Shown here one piece after another: positions 12,122 through 26,120 of a stretch of DNA of 64,000 nucleotides. The notes under the pieces are model-generated. The model saw only the letters and a list, made by a program, of their open reading frames with translations, searched no databases and was not told the origin of the DNA. The DNA lies in contig CDMY01000908.1 in assembly GCA_001179505.1 (NCBI GenBank), forward strand, positions 124,001 to 188,000. Direction: 5' to 3'. The position numbers and the translations under genes were made by a program. This DNA is from Vitrella brassicaformis CCMP3155 (taxonomy: Eukaryota > Protista > Chromerida). Every line of letters begins with the position of its first letter. Positions within the stretch are counted from its first letter, which is position 1.

Positions 12122-12835
12122 CCAGCGCGTTTGGGAACAGCCGGCTGAAAGGAATCAGCTGGTCTCCCTGCCACCATCGTGCCGTCGCGCAGTATGATAC
12201 GCTTCAGCTCCAGTGGACTGGGAGAGATAAGCCCACCACTCTGCTCCCTGAGACGCTCGGCGAGGCAATGGAAGAAGCAGTGGTTGTCCCCCGGCTGCTG
12301 GATGACCGTGAGCGGCACGCGAAGACAGCTCAGCACTTGCCTCAGTCTCATCAAGTCGCCCGAGAACTGCATTCCTGTCAGACTCGGCTCATGAAGGACA
12401 GCGGTGAGGTGTCTTCTCTCCAGGTCAAGATCAGCGCGAAGTCTCGGCTTGCGCAGCTGGAACTTTGGCGGCGCTCCTGTGGACTTGATATGGCGAGGGT
12501 TGCCGCGCAGCTGAGCTTGTTCCGCTGCTTGCGAATATTGCGCGACAACCTCACAAACATGACGTCCTGCAGCAGCTTGTTCGGCACCGAACGCAACGAC
12601 TCCCGACTGACCGCACCTAGACAGACAATCCAAGCAGCGCAACGCTGATGATGTGTGTTCCTTCTCCCTGTGTCTCCCTGTCTCTGCTGTGCCCACATGC
12701 CCCTTGTCTTTCACGGCTTGTTGACCGCAGTTTCACAACACACGGTCAGATATCACAGAGCACGTAGCGCTTGCCACGATGCATCTTTTGTTTTCAGCTT
12801 CACGAGACGCGCAGTCAACCAGACGTCTCGTACCT
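12122..12835. repeat. Apparently exact 714-bp duplicate of 9136-9849 (5' part of OTU copy 1), directly after a gap
   Basis: Identical by eye at a constant offset of 2986, including the 20-nt deletion. Both copies abut gaps. Confidence 0.9.
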
Positions 12836-13859
12836 TCTTAGTTTTTGTCTTCGAACGGCTTTCAAAGAAGGGGCACGCGTCGCAACCTTCTCTCCTCCTC
12901 TCCTTCCCGTCCCTTACGCTTACGTGCAGGTCGGTAGTACAGGCCTCGTGTACCTTCCCATGCCACATCTGAAACACATCAGAACCACACACCTGAGCAA
13001 CGCGTCTCACCCTTCCCCGCCTATCAGCTCACCACGGTCGCAGCAAAACCCCTTCGGCTCCCCGCGCGTACACTTCAACAAACGGCACCCACCTGCTCAC
13101 ACACGAGCATGCACGCAGCCACACATCCATTCTTGCCATTCCTCCCGCCACTCACCGCATTGAATGACAGGCGAAGCAACCAACACCAAGAACAGCAAAG
13201 CGATTGCACGCGGGGGGCCACCTGGTTCTGCCAATTTGGAGTGTCTCATGTTCTTCGTCGTCATACGAAAGGAGAAAAAGGAAGAAAGCTCAAGAGCATG
13301 ACCCAAGGAGCAGCGGTTTCGGCAAGCTTTCTGCGTTTCGTGTCGTGCGACCCGAACGCATAGGTGCTCCTTCTTCTCTCCTCCACCGCCGCGAGAACGC
13401 AATACTTACATATTTCCGTGGAGCTCCTCTGGCTGCATCTTCCTATACACATTTCCCCCACTGGAACGCGAGGTTTTTCCTTTTGCGGAGATCGACCTCT
13501 CACAGCATTTGTTAAAGGGGGGGAACCCTACACCCTGCAGGGCGAGCTCAGAAATGCCCGTGATTCTTCTTGGGAGATCAGTGACAGAGGAGCGCAGGCG
13601 ACCTCAGTCCGCCACGGGCGTCCCCCAGTTTCCGTCTTATCGTGATTTGTGAGTCCAGGGCGGCAGATCTGCTTTAGTCTGTGTGAGGTGAGGGCCCGTC
13701 CAAAGAGGACAGGACACGAGAAGGTACGCGGGCAGGCGGAAAAGAGCAAGGGCGTCGTTGGTGGAGGAAGGGCCCTCATTTCTCATTGTGTGTGTGTCAC
13801 TGTCAGGTCGTCAAGACGTAGTAGGACTATCTCTCTGTGTGCACCACCGAGCCCCACCC

Positions 13860-14679
13860 ATGGCCGCACGACAACCAGCAGCTGAGCAGCAGCAGCAGGA
13901 CGCCGCGGAGCCCCCGATGGACGTCGACGCCGTGCAGGAACTCCAGAGCGGCGATGAGCCTGACGGTCAGCACCGAACGCCGCAGCACTTGATTTGTGTC
14001 GATGTGTGTGCCCGTGGTTGATTGTGTTCAGGTGGAGACAATGAGGAGGGCGGTGGGATGGCCGATGGGAGCGAATCGGTGAGGCATTCATTCGCGGACA
14101 CCCCGTCCGTCCATGTGACGCTCGTCACCTGGCTGTTCTCCCGTTGCCTCTGTGTCGCTGTGTCAGGGCGGTGGTATGCAGGACGACAGTGACGACGGAG
14201 GGATGCTGGACGAAGAGGACGACCAAGACGACGACAACGGGGACAGTAAGTGGGAAGACGACAGTGACTCACACAGCGACGGTCATGACGATGGCTATGA
14301 GGACGATGGTACGCCAGACAGACAGACACATGAGAGGGAGGGGGCGAGGTGCGGGCCCATACATGCATTCGTTCTCGGTGTGCGTCGTCTGATGGCTGTG
14401 TGTGTCCCACCAGGTCACTCGGTGGTGCCAGTCACCTCAGTCGACGTACCAGACGGCTTCTTGGGAGCCGATGAGCTGGAAGCTCGATTCCCTTACGGCA
14501 CCAGCGACGTTACCAAGTCGCTGGCAGTGGGCGTCCTCGGCCGCACCATCCCCAGCCCACAGCACGTGACCGACCTCATCCAACAGGGAGCCAACCCCAA
14601 TATCAAGCCTCAGCTGAGGAAGAAGGGCAGCAAGGTTGATGGGTTCGGCTACTCGCTGCTTACTCTTGCTGTCCACGAC
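13860..14679 (+). CDS. Lineage-specific ankyrin-like family protein, 3'-truncated by a gap
   Basis: MAARQPAAEQQQQDAAEPPMDVD..., acidic exons, then PSPQHVTDLIQQGANPNIKPQLR...YSLLTLAVHD (ankyrin-like LI.QGA.PN and SLL.LA motifs). Canonical splice sites. Confidence 0.6.
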
Positions 14680-15488
14680 NNNNNNNNNNNNNNNNNNNNN
14701 NNNNNNNNNNNNNNNNNNNNNNNNNNNNNNNNNNNNNNNNNNNNNNNNNNNNNNNNNNNNNNNNNNNNNNNNNNNNNNNNNNNNNNNNNNNNNNNNNNNN
14801 NNNNNNNNNNNNNNNNNNNNNNNNNNNNNNNNNNNNNNNNNNNNNNNNNNNNNNNNNNNNNNNNNNNNNNNNNNNNNNNNNNNNNNNNNNNNNNNNNNNN
14901 NNNNNNNNNNNNNNNNNNNNNNNNNNNNNNNNNNNNNNNNNNNNNNNNNNNNNNNNNNNNNNNNNNNNNNNNNNNNNNNTGAGGCATAATCATGGGTGGA
15001 GGTTGAGGGTTGTGTTCACTAGCTCACCGGCATCCTTGGCGACAGCCGTGGCATTGCAGTGACCGGTGCGGCGGAGGATGCGGAGCGGACGGATCCCCCC
15101 GCGAGACTCAGTGCCGGCTGGCCGCACTGCCAGACGCTTCTTCAGGGAGAGCATCGCGCGGCTGGGGCTATGGCGATGTCGAGACGGCTTCAACGACCAG
15201 GGTGTGCAAGGGGTGTGGGTGTGCGGAAATGAAGAGGGGCAGGGGAGCTCTAGCCGAGAGAGTCAGCGAGATCTGGGAGCAATTAGATGCTGCACTGCTT
15301 GCAAAAAGCACCGAAACAACTTTGAGACGCAGGGGGCATGGCGCATGGCGGCCCCCACCTGCATTTACGGCCAACTTGAAGCCAGGAGGTCCCGGGTTTT
15401 AATTTCAATTGGTAGTTGAAGGCCTCAGTTCCATCCACACGTGTGTTGCTGTAGTCCAAGCTCAACGGTTTGCTGAGAGTGGAGCCCG

Positions 15489-16033
15489 ATGGCGACACTG
15501 AAGGTCCACGAGCTGACGATGAAGCAGGTGGCGTGCGTCTTTCAACATGATACCGACAAGAACATCCGCAGGCTGGCCACCAAGATGAGGCAGGTGGGTG
15601 GGCGGGCAAGTGGGTGGGACCAGGGGTGGGAGATCTGCACGTGAAGGCAGATCTTGACGTCCGTAGATGAAAGATGATCTTCAACGATTGGGGATCTGTA
15701 TGGATGAAGGACAGATCTGTTGTTTTCTCCCTGTATGTGTGTGTGTGCACTGAATCAGCACATGATGAACGGGGCGGCGTTGGCGCACATGGCCCGGATG
15801 CAGTACCACAACGCGCTGGAGGACATGGAGAGATACCTGGGCATCGAGGCCTACGGCGAGCGGCTGGCGCTGCTCTACTGGATACACCACACATACGAAG
15901 TATGTACGATGGATGGATGGATGGATTGGCAAAGATGCCCGTGCTCCCTCCCTTTGTGCAGGTGCGTGTGCCGGTTGGCGGCGGCCGTGGGCGTCGCCAG
16001 AAGCGGCGCGTCGTGCCGACCAAAGCCGCATAG
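15489..16033 (+). CDS. Small stand-alone SAM (sterile alpha motif) domain protein, about 105 aa
   Basis: Exons 15489-15593, 15759-15899 and 15962-16033 with phase-0 introns give MATLKVHELTMKQVACVF...HMMNGAALAHM...RYLGIEAYGERLALLYWIHH...RRQKRR...*. It matches the SAM pattern (G..L..L...LGI...G.R..LL..I) and has a basic tail. Confidence 0.7.
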
Positions 16034-16541
16034 CTCTACCACAACACACGACAAACATTGGTAGGTGTGGTTCGTGGGGGATGGCCTTTTGTCGTTGTGT
16101 GAGGCTGTGTGCATGATTCATTCAGGTCATCGGTTTGAGTCCTCTGGTAGCACGGTAGCATTGGCGGACGGGCATCGACACACGCACACGCACACACAAA
16201 TGGAGAGATGTAGATAGATGTAGAAAAGGAGGCCATGTGCGTCATGCAGTCTGTCTAAGATAGTCTTGCCTCGAGGGTCTTGTCTTGTGCAGATACACAC
16301 ATCCATACATCCGTCCATCGACCTGTCTATGCCGTGTGCCGTGCTATGCGTGTGTGAGATGCGAGTGTGCCTGCCCACATGTGACCTATCTACACGCGTG
16401 TATTCAGAGACTGTCGGTCCATCATGGAATAAGGGTCTCAGCGCCATTGCGTGTCTTCAAACTTGTGAGCATCCTCAAGAGGACACACACACGCACACAC
16501 ACACACACACGCACACACACGCACACGCACACGCGCACAGA

Positions 16542-19500
16542 ATCTGATGGACGTCTCACACACCATCTGTCTATCTGCTGAATATGCGGACAGACCACAT
16601 CGCACGAATGACGCGGACACAACGAACACAGAGGGCCGAGAACAGAGAGGCCTCACAGCTGGAGAAAAGCAATACGCACCCATACAGCCATCAGAGACCC
16701 CTCAATCAGTCTGACCTCACACTCACACCACGGTGAGCACCTCCATTTCATTGGCCATGAAGTACTCATTGCACCCAAACACAGCATTGTCATCCCAATT
16801 CCTCACCCCCACATAGCCCTCAGGCACCCCGGTGATGACCTGACGGCAGCTGCGCATATCAACATCCCGTGGCTGGAGCCATGGCTGGAGTTTGGCTTTG
16901 CGTTGGGCGATCACCCAACTGCCACCCTCACTGCCCAACTCTAGACACGGGATGAAACCCAGACTGATCCACAGCATCGGCCCATTCACTGACCCCTCCC
17001 GCCCGGCCACACACACAAACCCTTTCCCCCCCTCTATCTTGGTGGGCTTGTCGAAATGGCCGGCCAGTGAGAAATGCCACACATCACACTCGTATTTGGT
17101 CTTGCCTCTTGGGTCGTCGGGCACCCGGATTCCGGTACTGATGAAGGTGCCGAAGGCGTACTTGTCCTCGCGGATAACGAACACCAGGCCTCTCGCATGG
17201 CCCACACACCGCAGCAAATCGCCATACGACGGCCCGTCACGTGATGCGCTGAATGAAGAAGAACGCACACGCACACACGCACGCAGACACACACAGATAG
17301 GCACACGGAGTCAAACGATGGACGATGCCAATGACAAGAGCAGCGTACCTGTAGATGAGCTTCAGTCTGCCCGCAGTTGTCGGTCCGAGAAACCGATAGA
17401 GTGCCGCCGACTGGAGCGCATCAAAATTTGCACCCTCGATCACCTGCAATCAAAAATCAGAAGGCAGGATGATCAACACATCTATACTCTCTCTCGCTGA
17501 CGTGTGTGTGACCTTGAGTGAGAGCAGTGACCGGCCGCTGAGACGAATCACCTCCACTTCATCGGCCATGAAGAACTCACTGCCCCCAAACACAGCCCAG
17601 CCATACTCATTCCTCACCCCAACATAGCCATCAGGCACATGACTGCGGGGGATGCGATGACAGCAGCTGCGCATATTACCACTTCTGACGCCAAAATACA
17701 GTTCGTCGATCTCCAGCTTCGCCCCACCCACTGTCCCCTCCGGCCCGGCCACATGCACACCCCTGCCTCCCCCCATCCTGGTCGGTGTCTCGAAGTGGCC
17801 GGCCAGAGAGAATCTCCACACATCACACATGTAGGCGCTGCTGAAGCTTCTTGGGTCGTCTGGCAGCTGGATGCCGGCACTCGTATAGACGCCAAAAACG
17901 TACTTGTCCTTGCGGATGAGGAACACCAGGCCCTTCGTGTTGCCCACACAGCGCAGCAAATCGCCGTACCCTGCGCCGTCACGCGAAGCCCTAAGAACAT
18001 CAGAGACAGCGGAGAAAGACACATGATTGGTTGCAGTGTCTGTGATGTGGTTTGTGCGTCGCACCTGTACAGCAGAGTGAATTTACATTCGTCCCACATG
18101 CCGGGCGCCAAGGTGGAGTGGAGGGACGCACACTCAGTCGAACTCAGACCGCTGCCAACGACCACCTGCATACACAAAGGGGGAGGTGAGGGCAATTGTG
18201 ACGCTGCAATCACCCCATGGGCATTCTCACCTGGGGGTCGGGCGATTGATTGTCCTCGTCTGTCGTGCTGCGACTTGAGAGGGATGTGAAGATACCGAGG
18301 ATGTATGATGCCACGAGCGATAACCAAGACCTTCGCCTGGGCTCTGTCGTCCTGCGAGTCGAGAGGGCCGTGATGTCTTCCACCGCACCGTCAGACGCAC
18401 TGACGATGCCATCATCATCCTGATAAAGCACAACGGAGATTTACAAGAAGCGAGTCGCCGCCTTGTTGTCTGCGTCAGTCTCACCTCTGGTATGTCACTC
18501 AGTCGATCGTCGGCAGTAACAGTGACTGCCGACTTGACTGACGAACGAGACCACACCTGCACACACAAAATCACAATGCCTCCCCCCCTGTGTGGGTGTC
18601 CATTTCTCGGCGCCTCAGTGACCACAGACGGCAGCCCCTGTCGGTGGCTGCGTGTGTCGCTCCTGTGGATCTTGTTTGGCGGCCTCTCGTTGGTCAGGCG
18701 ACTCTCTGACGGAACAATCTGCATGGCAACGCAGATAGCCAGAACAGATTGTCACACACAGAGATGGATGACCGGTCTTGGTTTGCGTACGCTCATGGTA
18801 TTTGGCCCCGAGTGCTGTGATCGCTGGTCGAGCGGCCGATTGCCGGCAGCAGGATCGTCGTCTGGTGGACAGGTGGTGGTCTGCAGCTCACACGGCAGAC
18901 ACACAAAGGCCTCACTTTCCGCCGTAGTGTCAGTACGGCGAGTGTATTACCTGTCGGCTGAGGTCGATGGTCGATCCGATGAGCTGATGTGCCACTCGAA
19001 TGTCATCACCAGCCCGGATGTCTAGATATGAGCTGATGTGCCCCGACAGAGTGAGAGGCCGGGCTGGGGGATGCGGGTGGGGCGGATGTATTGGGGAAGC
19101 CGACACCGACGCCTCTTCTCGGGCCTGAAACGAAAACAGATGGAGGGCGTCGTGAGTGTTTGTTTTGTCTCTCTTGGCTTGCTCACACTCATGGTATTTC
19201 GCCTCGAGTACTGCGATTGCCGGTGCAGCGGTCGATGAGCGTCAGCCCTCGGCCGCTGATGACTCACCCTATCGTTAGGACGACGGCCGATGAATCCATC
19301 CGCCATTCGCACCGCAGCCGCCTCGTCAACCACTTGGCCCTGCAAGACATCACAGGAGAAACATACGTGAACGAACAAGGGATTCACATCAAATAAGGGA
19401 TACCAGGCGGTCGTTTGGTTGCATTGTCGTCGGCCGATAGGCGCCACCAGGAAATGCCCTCTCAAGCCCGCCACACTCGTTTTTGGTACTGTCATGGCAG

Positions 19501-20520
19501 CTGCCTCGCTCTCTACCACGGTCGCCCTGCAGTTCAAAGATAAACCAGTACTCAGAGAGAAGAAAAAATCCATTCACGTAGCTGCGCTCTGCGTACCTTT
19601 CTACTGCTGTCTGCTGGGTGTTCTACGGCAGTAGCAGCGAAGGTTTGTGCTGGCACCGATTGCTCTCCTCCAAGGCTCTGACACGACACAGCATGGGGCG
19701 CCTTGGTTCTGTGAGCGCTGTCTTTTTTGCGTCTTACGCGGATGTCATCTGATGCTACAACCCCGGGCAAACAGCGGGGCCGATTGGGAGGAGGACGGGA
19801 GGGGTCAAGTAGCCAGAAATCCTGAAGACCAACACACCGTGAACATACGCAACATTACACTCTTTGTCTGTTCCACCTGTGGGCATCGGTTCTTGAATGC
19901 GGCAATCCAGGTATCGCTGGCCGAAAAACCACGGACGCCCACTCGATTGGCGATCTCCGTTGACTTACTCTTGATGGCAGTGTGAAGAATAATCCTCGGC
20001 TGCGGATAGCCTGTAATCCATTGCTGCAGCTCCGTCTCAAGCTGCTGCGTAGCCAGAGGTGACGGTGGAGCGGGCTGAGAAGACAGGTCCGGTGTCGCCG
20101 ACTGGTAAGAGAGGGGAATGGGTAGGGGATGGGGGTACGGTGGATGCATCGGGGGGGCGGGTCGCCCGGCGGCTGCAGCAGCAGAGATGTGCAGCTCCGG
20201 CTGGTGGATAAGTGGAAGGGGAAGGGGATAGGGATAAAGTTGGTGGATCGGGGGATGAGAAGACGCCGCCGCCGCAGCCGACACAGATTGCCCTCCTTCC
20301 CGGCTCTGCAACGGCACAAAAGATGTGGTTAGAACATAAGATGAAGAGTGTGACGTGTCGATTGCTTGTCACGTGATTAGTCAGCTGCAACGCGGCTTGA
20401 GTGCCATCCGATGTGTCGTATCCGGGCAAAGCGTGGATCCCTTCTTGCGGGAAGGCGTCGAAGTGTTGGTCGCGCGTCATGCCGTCAGTGTCAATCGGGG
20501 GAGGTGAGAGGGTAGTTACG

Positions 20521-20551
<31 letters not shown>

Positions 20552-22302
20552 GAGGCTGATCGGCCGAAGTAAAACCCTGGACAGGCAAAGGCGATAGACG
20601 TGCGGTCGACCCCTTCCTACCTTCATTCCATCGGTGTCGTTATTGCCTGCTGCTGCTGCAGCGGCAGGTGTGTCAGAGGACGGAAAAGGATTCTGAAAAA
20701 GCAGGCATGGAGATCAATGAAGAGTGAACCTCCCACTATCCCCTATCTGTGTGCTCCTTTCCCACCTGCTTGTATCGTCTCCTGAAGTTCTTGATCCAGT
20801 TGTCGCTCGCCAAGAACCCAGTGACGCCCAATCGACTGGCAATCTCAATCGCCTTGGTCCTGATATTCCCTGTGGGAAGGCTCGTTGGGTCATCATGGGT
20901 GGCCATCCACTGCCGCATCTCGTCCTCAATTGGCTGATACTTGGGCTGTCTGTTGCGCTTCTTGGTGTGGTCGGCGGTCTGCACGCCGGCCTCCCTCTGC
21001 TTCTTGATGGCATAGTACCACTGCTTGAAGCGCCCAGGGGGGATGCCCTTCTCCCTCTCGAACTGAGGCATCGAGATGGACTCTCCGCTGCTCTTTCGCC
21101 TCTCGAACTCATCCACCAGCTGCAGCCGCTCGCCGATCGTCACCTCGCCCGCATTCTTTGTGCACACCTGAACTCAAGTGAACACACAGACAGAAAAGAC
21201 GGACATTTGGGTGTGTTTGTGAGTGGGTGCAGTCATTTCACCTGTGAGTTCGATTGACGGCATGATGTGGGCAGAGTTGGTGGGAGTGAACTTGTGCGAT
21301 GACGTGAGGCTGGAGATCCTTCGGCAACTGGCTGGCCCATAGCCATCAATGGATGACTGAAAAGCGACTGCTGTTCGGGGATACCTTTGATCCACTCCTG
21401 GAAGACAGCATCGAACTCTTGATCGCCCATCGACTACGCGAAAAACCATACCACGCTCATGTTCCCCTACCGTCATTCCATCGGTGTCGTTACTGCCTGC
21501 TGCTGCTGCTGCTGCAGCGGCAGGTGGGTCAGAGGACGGAAAAGGATTCTGCAAAAGCAGACATGAATCCACGAAGGACGATCTTGTCACTGCGGGCACT
21601 CTGTCTGTCCACCTGCATATCGTTGATATTGTCAGCAAGGGATAGAGGCGGTGACGCAGATGGTCCAGGAGGATTCTGAAGAGACAGTGACGCATCGACT
21701 ATGCCACAAGAATCATTGCACCGTACCTGTGGCTCGTTGCCATCTTGGGGTGCTTCCTGGAGCGCCGTCGCCCCGTCACCCTGAACAAGCAAAGCACAAG
21801 GAGATGACAAGCAAACGTGCGAAAGAGTGATGTGTGGTGAGAAAACACATCACCTGTGTGAGGGGGTTGCCAAGCTCGTCCATCATTTGCCTCTTCTCGC
21901 GGGAAGCGATGAGATGCGATCGGGAAAGACGCAGATGAGCTTGCACGAGAAAGGTGGCGGGCGGAGTGTTCTGTTGGATGCCTCTCTGTGGGTGCTGTCT
22001 TGTCTGCAGGTCCTCTCGTGGGATTACAAGGCAAGATCTCCCCAAACTGCGTGTTCTGGAAGCTTCTTACGCACTTCTTTGACTGCGTGGCTGGCACTGG
22101 TGGCTCGAGGAGCCGAATGAAGGCGACAGAAAGCAACACTGGAGAAAAAGGTCAGAAGAAGATCCTCCTGGCAGTTTGTGTGTCAGTGATCGATCGTGGC
22201 ATACTTACATGGGGCTCACCTTCTGCGTTGCGGATCGACGGCGTAGGAGAACGGCTCCCGCAATCCCGGCTGACAAATCCTCTTGATCGTCTTGACGTCG
22301 CT
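16542..22302. repeat. Segmental duplication, left copy (partner 26121-30615)
   Basis: Colinear similarity from atctgatggacgtctcacacaccatctgt to cttgacgtcgct, covering the 3' flank, the whole HTH-TLDc gene and its upstream region. Confidence 0.9.
16723..21886 (-). CDS. CENP-B/pogo-type DNA-binding domain (HTH + HTH_Tnp_Tc5), a second Tc5 HTH and tandem TLDc domains; paralog A
   Basis: A continuous in-phase exon chain can be traced from MMDELGNPLTQ (ATG 21886). It runs through TIGERLQLVDEFERRK...KYQPIEDEMRQWM...IRTKAIEIASRLGVTGFLASDNWIKNFRRRY and LETELQQWI...IANRVGVRGFSASDTWIAAFKNR to LLYRASRDGAGYGDLLRCVG...FMADEVEVI and LIYSASRDG...FMANEMEVLTVV*. Confidence 0.75.
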
Positions 22303-22320
22303 GCCCAGCGTGTTTTCAAC

Positions 22321-25337
<3,017 letters not shown>

Positions 25338-26120
25338 TGAAGACGTGTGTGACTTTGTCGCATGCATTTTTCTCTGCATTGATACTCATGTGGTGTTCTG
25401 CATGTAGCGAGGAGCAATTCAGACACAAACACACTCTTCGACCTTTCCTCTCACTGAACGGCTAGACGAGGTGAGAGAGGAAGTTAGACCCTTTTTTCTC
25501 TCTCATTTCCTCGCGGCCCTTCGCACCCGCTGGAAGTTTTATAGATAGGGAGAGCTTTTTTCGGGCGTACGCCGACGATTTTGAGATTGAGTGTATTCAC
25601 ACACAGTCTGAGTCAGTGTGTAGGGTGTGACTCTGCCCGTCCGTGCATGCTGTCTGTTTTGTACACCGCTGTGGGAGGGAGAGGAGTGATGTGGCAAACG
25701 ACAATCAGATGCGATGACGGTAGGATGACGGTTGAACAGACACATTATATCAGTCAACATCCAGACAATACGCACACACAACTACATGTACACGTACACA
25801 AAACTTCATTTGGCTCTCATCTGAGACGTCTCACACACCATCAAAACAACACACGCCCAAGGGGCCAGGAAAACAGAGACCTCGCGCACCACACTGGATG
25901 AAAGCAACACACACCACACGAGTGGCTGTGTCCATATCACCTGTGATGGACAATATCTGCGTCGTCACTCACGAGTGACTGTCCACACAGTGGCATGACG
26001 ATTATTGTTTCGATGAGTGAGTGACTTGTGTGTCCTTAAAACGCCCAAGAATGAAGAGGCCACATCGGATGACGCAGACACCCACCCACACACACGTACA
26101 CAGGACTTCATTTGCCGCTC

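Noticed and set aside
15010-15419. Overlapping ORFs in the repeat after the fourth gap as a transposase fragment
   Set aside because: No catalytic or DNA-binding motif is recognisable in any frame, and the region is too short and gap-bounded to call.
22201-22212. atacttacatgg (also at 30469) resembles the 5' end of U1 snRNA (ATACTTACCTGG)
   Set aside because: Similarity stops after about 12 nt, with no U1 stem-loops or Sm site. It is the reverse complement of a consensus donor (GTAAGTAT), most likely a 5'-UTR intron of the minus-strand HTH-TLDc genes.
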